DNA from: Octopus bimaculoides
Taxonomy: Eukaryota
NCBI RefSeq assembly: GCF_001194135.2
Contig: NC_068982.1
Coordinates: 33,860,833 to 33,924,832, forward strand
Length of the DNA: 64,000 nt
Direction of reading: 5' to 3'
The notes beneath the pieces were generated by a model. It was given only the letters and a program-made list of their open reading frames with translations. It was not told where the DNA came from and did no database searches. Within the stretch, counting starts at the first letter, position 1. Each line of letters begins with the position of its first letter. The position numbers and the translations under genes were made by a program. This document shows positions 27,146 through 37,131 of this stretch, one piece after another.

Positions 27146-28339
27146 TACAAAGAAGTGGGTGCTGTTACATATATGTATGTGTGTGTTTACACACACATGT
27201 ATATATATGTATATATACAGTATATGAAATGTATATATTGGTGGTCTCAGAGGAGGTTAGTATGTACTGGGAGCAGGTTATTGGTAGATATGCATATATT
27301 TCTATATGCATTTTTAATTCCATAGGTTGTATGAAGTGCTGCTGATATTTATGGTGTTGAAATTAGCACAAATATGAAATATAAGGACTATGATAAGACA
27401 ACCATATATCTGGCTGTTAAATTTGTGCATAGTCTCTTCCAAAAGTTTTGCAAATTCCCACCAAATCTAATTTGGTCCCTTAAAATGCACCGTTATCTTC
27501 CTGGCAACAATATGGAACCTTGTTGTAAATCACAAATGTAGCGAAACTGTTACATTTGAATTTATATTTTTCATATGATTTTACTTTCAACATTTTATAT
27601 GACACTATAACAATTGCCTTGGAATAGATTTAAATACCTGGAAAACCAAATCTGTAATCTTGTTTCAGGTTACAGTTAAAGCCAGTTCACTTTGCCATTT
27701 ATAATGGTTTTCTTCTAATTTTATTGAATTTCTTGTTCCAGTGCTAAATGCATTGGTATTGGTGTCATTATCATTTTATATCACTTTTCCATGCTGGACT
27801 AAGTGGGATGAGTCGTCAAGGTTTGAATCAGTTCTTATTTAGAATTAATGCCATCTTAGACAGAACAGGGGACCATGGAACAAGTGAAAGATAACAGGTA
27901 AGAAAGTAACCTCTACATGGCTAACTTGTTGCGGTTACTTGACCTGCTAGAAATTAACTGAGTTTAGCATGAGATAGTTAAAGGAGTGAAAATCATTCTC
28001 AAATTACCCATGATTGCATTTTGAAGACAACAGAAAGTCTATTGAAAGAGACATGGCTATCACTTTGGGCGGGTTAAGCAATTATACAGAACATTTCTTG
28101 TTAATGGAAGGAGTTAAGAAAAGGCTACTAATATCTATCTTTTACATTTTATTTGTTTCAGTCAAAAGGACTGTGGCCATGCTGGAGCACTGTCTTGAAG
28201 GGTTTTAGTTGAACAAATTGACCCTTGTATTTATTCTGTTGGTTTCTTTTGTTGAACCATTAGGATATGGGGACATAAATAATAAGCCAACACCAGTTGT
28301 AAAGCATGTTGACTGCTAGCTCCAAAAGATTTTTTATTC

Positions 28340-28483
28340 TCTCTGTGCTTTTTCCTCATGTTCCTTTCTGTTGAAGAGCGTAGGCTTGAAATGTAAAAGA
28401 TTTTCTCACCTTCCGGAGCATTAAACTAATACACCTATTTGTTGTTTATACACCTGTCTTCGTCTTGTTTTACTGTAAATTTC

Positions 28484-28490
<7 letters not shown>
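28340..28490 (+). mobile_element. Short repeat with a hammerhead-like motif (second copy 46500-46670), probable Penelope-type terminal-repeat fragment
   Basis: Shared sequence ttcctttctgttg(a/g)agagc...ggct..aaa.gtaaa...catcaaactaatacacct..ttg.tgtt.atacacctgtctt.gtctt. The motif is described under findings. Confidence 0.55.
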
Positions 28491-28524
<34 letters not shown>

Positions 28525-28784
28525 TGGATTTGGTAGAAGGAAACTCGTTGTATATATACCAATACACACATATATATATCATCATCATTTAACATGTCTT
28601 GTATGCTAGGATGGGTTGGACTATATACGTGTGTGTGATGTCCCATGTCTCATGAAAACCAAGTTCCCTCAACCTGTGATTGTCTTTAGGTGTGTCTCCC
28701 ATGAGGGTGATCTCTTGTTGCTCCAAATTTTTTAACAGGGCCTTAGGCACAATTCCAATGGCTATGCAAAGCTGCTGGAGATTG

Positions 28785-29254
28785 TGGTCAAATCCTGGCT
28801 GGAGAGGGTTGTTGCTAGAAGATCATATATGTGGCAGCAGGATTCATCTCCTTGCCATACATCTGAAAAGAATCAAAAGTTGCTGGTAAATTTCTATGAA
28901 TTAACAAACCCCAATGTCTAGTCTCCTAATTCCCCTGATTGTAATACCATGGATTACTATGTGTGGGGTGTGGTTGAGAAAGACACCAATCTGTCTGTCT
29001 GCAACACCAAGGCCAAGCGGATGGTTGAGATGAAGTATTTGAAGATCTTGTCAGAGGCACAGTAAGGAATATATGTGCCAGGTTCTGGAGCCATGTTGGA
29101 AGCTGAGAATGGCTACGTTGAATAAACTGTTATCTCCCAGCCATAATCTAATTGGTATTTTATGATTTAAAAAAAAATACTTTTGTTTTGGGATGGGATA
29201 TTGTGTTTTCTTTTCCTTTTATGCAATCTGTCAAATTTAGCCCAAACACCATCT
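28785..29254 (+). mobile_element. Tc1/mariner (maT-like) 3' fragment, second copy
   Basis: Reads VVKSWLERVVARRSYMWQQDSSPCHT ... SPNSPDCNTMDYYVWGVVEKDTN. Its 3' end matches 8495-9010. Confidence 0.8.
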
Positions 29255-29744
29255 ACAGTCTGTTAACATATCTTTGGCTATGAATGCAATGCATCTTGAG
29301 AAGCTTGCATATTTTTGTATTAATTTTACTTATCTCATTGATGGACTATTTTATGATATTAAAGCTGAAGGTTACAACAGGTATAGTCATACAGATAGGC
29401 ACAATTCTAATTCTCAAATTAAGTTAGCCTTTTAGGATAGCTCTAACTCTACAATAGCATTCTTTCCATATTTTTCCCACATATTTGTTGATGCCATTTA
29501 CCCCCACATACACCAAAATATTTGTAGTTTTCTTGAGGATTTAATGCTTTGACCATGGTACCTTGTCTAGTTGTGTGTTGGCTTTCAAGAGTTTTCCCAT
29601 ATAAAATGTGGCTTTAGCACATTTATCAAGGCTTAATTTCATTCAGTATCACTACTAAATTGTTTTACTATAGTTAAAAGTCATTCCACCCAACTGAGCA
29701 GTTATTGAATGTTATTTGTGTCATTTATGCAAACTGGATGGTGT

Positions 29745-30120
29745 ATTGTTGGCACTCCATCGCTTACAACGTCAAGGGTTCCAGTTGATCCGATCAATGG
29801 AACAGCCAGCTCGTGGAATTAATGTGCAAGTGGCTGAGCACTCCACAGACACGTGTACCCTTAACGTAGTTCTCGGGGATATTCAGTGTGACAAGGCTGA
29901 CCCTTTGAATTACAGGCACAACAGAAATAGGAAGTAAGAGTGAGAGAAAGCTGTGGTGAAAGAGTACAGCAGGGTTCGCCACCATCCCCTGCTGGAGCCT
30001 CATGGAACTTTAGGTGTTTTTGCTCAATAAACACTCACAATGCCCGGTCTGGGAATCGAAACTGCGATCCTATGATCACGAGTCCGCTGCCCTAACCACT
30101 GGGCCATTGCGCCTCCACAG
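29745..30120 (-). mobile_element. tRNA-derived SINE, family D
   Basis: The - strand head is GGAGGCGCAATGGCCCAGTGGTTAGGGCAGCGGACTCGTGATC...GTTTCGATTCCCAG. Partial copies lie at 7290-7550 and 17625-17945. Confidence 0.8.
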
Positions 30121-30318
30121 ATGGTGTATAGTAAGATTTGAAATAATGACAACTGGGTTAGCAATGTATCACAGCAACTATGCCTCATCTTCATAAATTA
30201 ATTATTTTTTCAAAGTTTCCTCATAAATCCTTTTATTTACAAAACCTTATTTACAATGCAAAATATATTTGCTACATTTACATAATATATTCCATATAAC
30301 TTGGTATATAGTATTTTG

Positions 30319-30477
30319 TTACTTTTCTCTGGAAAGTGCTGTGTCCAATAACTCTTTATTAATGCGATGTTTCATTAAATATTTTCCATTCAAGTGGAAA
30401 ACAGGAATATCAAACCTGTATTTGTAGAAGTACTCTTTGTTTTTGGCATCAGTTATATCAACCTCATTGAAAATAAC
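30319..30477 (-). CDS. C5orf63: Glutaredoxin-like protein C5orf63/YDR286C homolog, exon 2
   Basis: Acceptor ttttattttgcag|GTT at 30477. Encodes VIFNEVDITDAKNKEYFYKYRFDIPVFHLNGKYLMKHRINKELLDTALSREK*; the Y.FDIPVFHLNG motif is as in vertebrate C5orf63. An AATAAA lies on the - strand near 30235. Confidence 0.92.
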   Translation of the reverse strand, partial: VIFNEVDITDAKNKEYFYKYRFDIPVFHLNGKYLMKHRINKELLDTALSREK

Positions 30478-30774
30478 CTGCAAAATAAAAAATAAAAAAC
30501 ATAATTGACAAGGATCATATATTAAATTCTGGGTACCAGTTCTCAAGCAGTGGTGGGGAAAAACACAACCCACCCAAACACCCATCCATCTGTATTAGGT
30601 GTGGAGAGTAGGTGCAGGCATGGTGATATGATTAAGATGCTTGCATCCATGTAGTCCCAGGTTCATTTCCACTGTGCAGTGCATTTGGAAAGTGTCTTCT
30701 ACTACATCTCTGGGCTGACCAAAGCTAGCAAGTGGATCTAGTAGATGAAAAGTGAAAGAAACCTGTTGTGTGTG

Positions 30775-30816
<42 letters not shown>

Positions 30817-30833
30817 ACCATATTCCCTTCTAT

Positions 30834-30914
30834 ATCGGTTAACTCTGATGAGCGTAAAGTTATATAATAGGATTTTTACCTAATACTCCATTGTATTCTT
30901 TACACGAAACCGAT
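30834..30914 (+). ncRNA. Hammerhead ribozyme-like motif, type III topology
   Basis: ATCGGT-T-AACT-CTGATGA-GCGTAAAG...CTTTACAC-GAAA-CCGAT. The core is canonical, stem II has 7 of 8 pairs, and stem III has 6 bp. Stem I is only 4 nt. Confidence 0.5.
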
Positions 30915-31242
30915 TGATAAGATCAGCCGTGAAGGATATTTAACACTACACATTTCGGATAATACATAATACATATATATATATACACTATGGCTAGGAT
31001 TGATTAGAACTAGGATTTTACAGCCAGAAGCTTTTCCTATCACTAATTTTCACTTGTTTTTCACGTAAAGTACATTTTATGCCAGGAGCCTTCAAAAGCA
31101 CAGAGCAGCTGGTTGTAATGTCAACAAGGAATGTAAACATCAGGACCGTGTCACTCAAATGGCAACAAGCGAAATATCAACATTTGCACATGCAGTTATA
31201 TGTGCACAGTACAGCGTTATATGGTCATAAATCGAAAAATCA

Positions 31243-31633
31243 GGCACTGTCATGGTATTAGCTGTCAGAAGTGAAAGTAGAACTGACAAGGAACGTTACT
31301 GCTGGTTTGAGTTGATTCTTTGGCTACTGACTAGCCGGAGCTATCTATCTGTCTGTCTGTCTATCTCACTATCTCTCTCTCTCTCTATATATATCTATCA
31401 CTCGTTCACCTCTGTTTGTGTCCGTAGAATTTATCAAATTAGAAAACGCAAATTTAATATAAAAATATATTTTCTGAAATTGCAAATTATTTAAAATATA
31501 AAAATATAATTTTCAACAGAGAGAATTTATCAAAATAGAAAACAAATGAAGTTTGAAGTTTAAAAATAATAGGATCGACCACCACTCAAACGCATGGATA
31601 TAGGTGTCAAATTTGTTCCAATAACTTTCGAGT

Positions 31634-31667
<34 letters not shown>

Positions 31668-31809
31668 CACAGACAGACAGACAGATAGCTCGCTCCGGCC
31701 AGTCATGGTATTAGCTGTCAGTAGCCAAAGAATCAACTCAAACCAGCAGTAACGTTCCTTGTCAGATTTTTCTACTTTCACTTCTGACAGTTAATACCAT
31801 GACAGTGCC
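31243..31809. mobile_element. Foldback MITE with about 160-bp TIRs and 8-bp TSD
   Basis: AAAAATCA|GGCACTGTCATGGTATT ... AATACCATGACAGTGCC|AAAAATCA. The arms (about 31243-31403 and 31630-31809) are reverse complements of each other. Confidence 0.88.
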
Positions 31810-31915
31810 AAAAATCATCCTGACTTTTTGCTGACGTAGATCGTTACAAGTTTGCTAGTATTCGGTTTATTTATTTACTTATTCAGATTTTATAATAACT
31901 GCATATCAAACTTAC

Positions 31916-32092
31916 TTTATCTATGTATGGAATAAGCGCTTCTTTGGCTTCTTCACACAAACTACATTCTTCCTTGGTAAACATAGTCAGAGTAGGTTTA
32001 GCCTTGCTCGCAACGTAACTCCGGGAGCATAATAAGCAAATAATTCGTTTGAAGGTGAAAGGTGCATGAATAAAATTCGCCCTTGTGAACAT
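31916..32092 (-). CDS. C5orf63: Glutaredoxin-like protein C5orf63 homolog, exon 1
   Basis: ATG at 32092. Encodes MFTRANF...RSYVASKAKPTLTMFTKEECSLCEEAKEALIPYIDK, with a CxxC motif matching LTLFTK.PC.LC.EAK. Donor AAA|gtaagt, phase 0, joins exon 2 to give 111 aa. The basic, acid-free N-terminus resembles a mitochondrial presequence (inference). Confidence 0.92.
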
Positions 32093-32329
32093 CTGGATCA
32101 GTATATAAAGAACAGCAGTTGCATAACAAAATGTACAATAATATTGATTGTTATAATTATTTTTTCAACTTTTTACGCAGTAGGACTGAACCCTAAACCA
32201 CGTGGGTGCAAAGCAATATGAACAGAAACTATTTCAGCATGAAGGGAAGTCACTCTGAATAACTTCTGGGCAATTTGTAGATAATAGAGAGTTTTTCAAG
32301 GGAAGTAACTACATATTTAGTTTGGAAAG
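32093..32329. promoter_or_regulatory. Bidirectional promoter region between C5orf63 and NUBP1
   Basis: The two divergent ATGs are 237 bp apart and CpG is retained in the neighbourhood. There is a CACGTG at 32199-32204 and a YY1-like AAGATGGC overlapping the NUBP1 ATG. The TSSs were not determined. Confidence 0.7.
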
Positions 32330-32668
32330 ATGGCAGACTTAATAGCAGATGCCCCAGAGCACTGTCCAGGAACAGGGAGCGAACAGGCAGGCAAAGCGTC
32401 TGCTTGTAGTGGTTGTCCCAACAGAGGTATATGCTCGTCCCAACCTAAAGGACCTGATCCAGCTATTGCAGAAATCCAAGAAAAGTTATCCACAGTTCGT
32501 CACAAAATCCTTGTCCTTTCTGGAAAAGGTGGCGTTGGAAAAAGTACCTTCTCTGCTCATTTAGGGCATGGTTTTGCAGCTGCCAATGAAGATCACCAAG
32601 TCGCAGTTTTAGACACAGATATGTGTGGCCCGTCTATTCCTAGAATTATGGGGGTAGAAGGAGAGGCA
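32330..32668 (+). CDS. NUBP1: Cytosolic Fe-S cluster assembly factor NUBP1/Nbp35, exon 1
   Basis: Contains the N-terminal CX13CX2CX5C motif ([24 protein letters not shown]), the deviant Walker [10 protein letters not shown] and D.D.CGPSIP. Donor GCA|gtacgt at 32669, phase 0. Confidence 0.95.
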
Positions 32669-34182
32669 GTACGTATATATTTACTTTTTTTGTGTGTGTT
32701 ATAGTTTTCTTGTTTAATACCGTTAAGAAAATTTCCTTTTTCATTGCTTGTGGGACAGTGAAGGCGAAGTTTCGTATGATAGACACAGAATTTCCAATGT
32801 GAAACTAACGTAGTTCCACGAATCCGTTCCATACGTCTTCTCCAAAGACCGGACAGAATTGGTTTTTTAAAAAAAATATAGTCGCAGGCATGATTGTGTG
32901 TTTAACCCATAAAGCGCTGGGATTTGCACTTACATAACATGGACTGCTGAGCACATTTTATGAAAATAAGACTACCGTGCACAAATAAAAAACAAAAATA
33001 TATTTAAAATATCTTTTTTGTGTATAATGGTGGCAAGTTTTACATCATCTGAAAAGTCATTAATTGAACTATTAGCCCTGTTGCATTCTGGAGGGTATCG
33101 GAGCGTTTCAGTGACACTAGACCCCAACAAACGCCCATAAATTAAATGCATCTCTCTATGCCACGATCGTGGCCCGTCGCGCTTTATGTGTTAAGAAGCT
33201 CGCTTTGCACTCACGTGGTTTCGGGTTCAGTCCTACTGCGTAAAAACTGTACGGCAGCCCATCGTATGTGTGTGTGTGTGTGTGTTTGTGTTTATCTCTC
33301 TCCCCACTGTTTGACAATTGGTGGTTAATGGTTCTGGAAAATTAGTATCGGGGGCAGTTTGTTCGACTAAACCCTTCTAGATAGTGTCCCAATCATGACT
33401 ACAGGCCAATCACTTACAGAAGGAAGATAAAAGTGTTTAAGAAATTGAAATCGACAGCAACAAAAAGAAATCAAAATCCCCTGAGATTTGCAAAACAGCG
33501 AATTGGCAGAAACGTTAAAGCGTCGAGTGAAATAGCCTGCAGTAATAATTCCAGTTTATTTCCCATGAAGGTTAACTTTATCCTTGTAGCGTGGATAAAT
33601 ATATTACCAGTTTTGGTCGGAATCGTTAGAGTGTCAGACGAAATACCTTCCAGTATTTGTTCTGGCTCTTTGCGTTTTGAGTTCAAATCCTGCTTGGGTA
33701 ATGCGTAACCCGTTTTAACACCTCTATCCGACCTTTAAGTTTAATTTGTTGCAAGCATTTGGGTCAGATCTCCGGTTTGAGAATATCTTCCACCTTCCAT
33801 CAGTCTCAGGGGCTCCGAAAGAAAAAAACCCTCTCAAACTGAGGTGTGGTGGTGGTTATACTCAGAATGACGAAGCGATAAAAACAGTCGATTATTTTTA
33901 TTAAATTTTATCTAAAATCATTTTTATTTCTGTATAGTATCTTAACTTTTCCTATGGAATTGATCCTCAATTTAAAATACTTAACCCGATCGGATATTAC
34001 CGATTCTACGTTATTCTTATTATTATTAATAATAATTGGTAGAAGTTACAGAACGACTCAGAGGCCAAGAGTTTCGTTCATTGATTCACAAAACTCTCGG
34101 TCCTTGAGACACTCTGTAACTCTACCGATTATATACATTATTTACATTTGACGATATTTGTCCTCATCTTGTTTGTTGTTAA

Positions 34183-34224
34183 CACAACGTTTCGGCTGAT
34201 ATACCCTCCAACCTTCATCAGGTG
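34183..34224 (-). ncRNA. Minimal type I hammerhead ribozyme motif, intact core
   Basis: The - strand reads CAC-CTGATGA-A-GGTTG-GAGGGTATAT-CAGCC-GAAA-CGTT-GTG. Stem I is CAC/GTG, stem II has 5 bp, stem III is the palindrome ACGT, and the predicted cleavage is after GUU. Confidence 0.7.
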
Positions 34225-34455
34225 ACTTGGGGAAATTTCGAACCTTGGTTCTCATTCCTCAGGTATTTTTCGATATTATTATTATTATGATTATTATTAT
34301 TATTCAGGTCACTGCCTGGAATCGAACTCGGAATTTTGGGGATTAGTAGCCCGCGCTCTTAACCACTACACCATATGCCCACAGGCATAATAATAATAAT
34401 AATAACATCGAAAAATACCTTAGGAATGAGAACCCAGGTTCGAAATTTCCCCAAG

Positions 34456-34499
34456 ACACCTGATAAAGGCTGGCGGGTATATAAGCCGAAACGTTGTGT
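34456..34499 (+). ncRNA. Minimal type I hammerhead motif with G8A core change (probably inactive)
   Basis: ACAC-CTGATAA-A-GGCTG-GCGGGTATAT-AAGCC-GAAA-CGTT-GTGT. Confidence 0.6.
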
Positions 34500-34579
34500 T
34501 AACAACAAGCAAGGTGAGGAAAAATATCTGTCAAATGTAAATAATGTACATAATTCCTCATCTCTTAAATATAGAACTG

Positions 34580-34626
<47 letters not shown>

Positions 34627-37131
34627 TATATACACACATATATATATACACACACACACACACNNNNNNNNNNNNNNNNNNNNNNNNNNNNNNNNNNNNN
34701 NNNNNNNNNNNNNNNNNNNNNNNNNNNNNNNNNNNNNNNNNNNNNNNNNNNNNNNNNNNNNNNNNNNNNNNNNNNNNNNNNNNNNNNNNNNNNNNNNNNN
34801 NNNNNNNNNNNNNNNNNNNNNNNNNNNNNNNNNNNNNNNNNNNNNNNNNNNNNNNNNNNNNNNNNNNNNNNNNNNNNNNNNNNNNNNNNNNNNNNNNNNN
34901 NNNNNNNNNNNNNNNNNNNNNNNNNNNNNNNNNNNNNNNNNNNNNNNNNNNNNNNNNNNNNNNNNNNNNNNNNNNNNNNNNNNNNNNNNNNNNNNNNNNN
35001 NNNNNNNNNNNNNNNNNNNNNNNNNNNNNNNNNNNNNNNNNNNNNNNNNNNNNNNNNNNNNNNNNNNNNNNNNNNNNNNNNNNNNNNNNNNNNNNNNNNN
35101 NNNNNNNNNNNNNNNNNNNNNNNNNNNNNNNNNNNNNNNNNNNNNNNNNNNNNNNNNNNNNNNNNNNNNNNNNNNNNNNNNNNNNNNNNNNNNNNNNNNN
35201 NNNNNNNNNNNNNNNNNNNNNNNNNNNNNNNNNNNNNNNNNNNNNNNNNNNNNNNNNNNNNNNNNNNNNNNNNNNNNNNNNNNNNNNNNNNNNNNNNNNN
35301 NNNNNNNNTTAATCAGAGTTTTAAAATACAGACAATCCGAATTTTTTGCTTAAATCCCAGCCATGGATCACCCTTAGGTGCATCATCATTTCATTAAATT
35401 TATGGAAGGAGAATAATGAAAAAACATCAATATATGTCAAAATGACAAAAATACGTGGAAGGTAGCAGGTGGTCATGTGATGTGCTAAATCGCCCTTAGA
35501 TAACACCAAAAACCTTTTTTTTTTTTTTTTTTCACAATCGTATGAATTCCCATATGTAGAACACAAATTCGCAAAACTTTTCTGAAAATACCAAAAAAAT
35601 AAAAAAGTTATGAGAGATTATAGGGGCTGCTTAAACCAGAATTCTGCCAAACCCATAATCGGTTTTCTCTTTATTTGTGAACAAAATCACAAATGTCTTT
35701 TCTTTTTGCTTTTTTTCAGTTGGTAGTGATAACAATTACAAACATCCTCTCTTGAAAATCACAGATTTCACATAGCTTAGACAAGTCATAGGCAAACTGC
35801 TGTATGTGGTATTTTGCGAATGGCACACCTAAGAAAATAACTACCTGGAATTTTTTTTGTTGGCTACCTGTTTCTGCAACCCACTTTTCAAAAATTGTTA
35901 TCCATACCTAGCTGAGACTGATTACTGTAGTATTATTCAACATGTGCTTCTACTGTGAAAAGTTGCTAGGCCTATACAAAACGCATATGAGGGGCTTACT
36001 TTCAAAACCAGTACAAGTGCATATTTGGTCAATTTCATGATAACCATTAAAACACAATCTGCAAGCTGCTGGCTTCATGCATGTGAAATTTTTTTCAGTC
36101 AAACTGGGATAGATGCCATGTAGACAATAGGCGAATATTAGTCTTCCAATCAAAATCAGATATATTCAAGTTATTGTTTAAAAGTCATTCCAATGCATAT
36201 ATCTGTTTTGAAAGTAAGCTCTTCATTTATACTCTACATTAGCATACTGCACTCACACAATACATACCATCCTCGACCGTAACAAAATAAATATATAATA
36301 GATGGAAGATTAGTTCATCATATTCTGTTCCTGCTATCACAGGCTACACAAATCTTCAGTCATATACATGCTTTTCCTTCCACCACACCATCAAGTCCTG
36401 TGCTAAACATTTTTAAAAACTCTTTTCTCAAACAATTCCCTTGAGTTTGCCTGGGCCTGGAAAGATTATAAGCATTGCCTATCCTTTAATTATTAAAAAT
36501 ACATCTTTTATCCTTTTTCAGTCATTTGGGCTGTGGTCATCATCTTTGAAAGATTTTAGTTGAATAAATTGAGCCCAGTAATTATTTCTTTTACTGCTAT
36601 TTATTTTAATGGTCTCCTTTGCTGAACTAAGTTAAGGGGATTTAAACAAGCACTGGCTGTCAAACAGTGGGTGGGACAAACACACACACACACATTCAGT
36701 CTCTGTTCACCAAATTCACTCACAAGGCAATGATCAGTTTGGAGCTATAGTAAAAGACACTTGCTTAAAGTACCTCACAGTGGGACTGAACCAGAAACCA
36801 CATGGTTGCAAAACAAGCTTCTTGACCACACAGACATACCTGTGACAGCATTTGCACTTTTATCATTGATAAAACAAATGAAATTATTTGAATATACTTT
36901 CATTTGGTTTTATCATCTATATAATAATCTGCTTGATAGGTCCTGTTAATTTTTTCCACTCTGTGGAATTTTCTTGGGTCCCACTAGTGTGATAATAATA
37001 TAAAACTGAAATAAAATATACTTCCTCACCTTGTCTCATTCTATCAAGCACAAAGATTGTTTTCTTCATGCTATGTTAATGTAATACGCATTTTTAAAAC
37101 ACTATAATTAATTGTCATTTTTATTCCTTAG

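Larger units (their letters stand above)
34134..34548 (-). mobile_element. tRNA-headed element flanked by inverted Penelope-type terminal repeats
   Basis: Arms 34134-34287 and 34388-34548 are reverse complements. The spacer 34305-34380 read on the - strand has A box TGGTGTAGTGG and B box GAGTTCGATTCC. Confidence 0.75.

Noticed and set aside
32669-32704. ORF-track extension of NUBP1 ([11 protein letters not shown]) as the true C-terminus
   Set aside because: It is intron read-through. The GTACGT donor and the downstream VHQSGSGW exon restore the conserved protein.
34305-34380. tRNA gene (anticodon loop CTACTAA)
   Set aside because: It has A and B boxes but no pairing acceptor stem and is joined to a repeat body. 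It is a SINE-type head, as are the heads at 23681 and 30050-30120.
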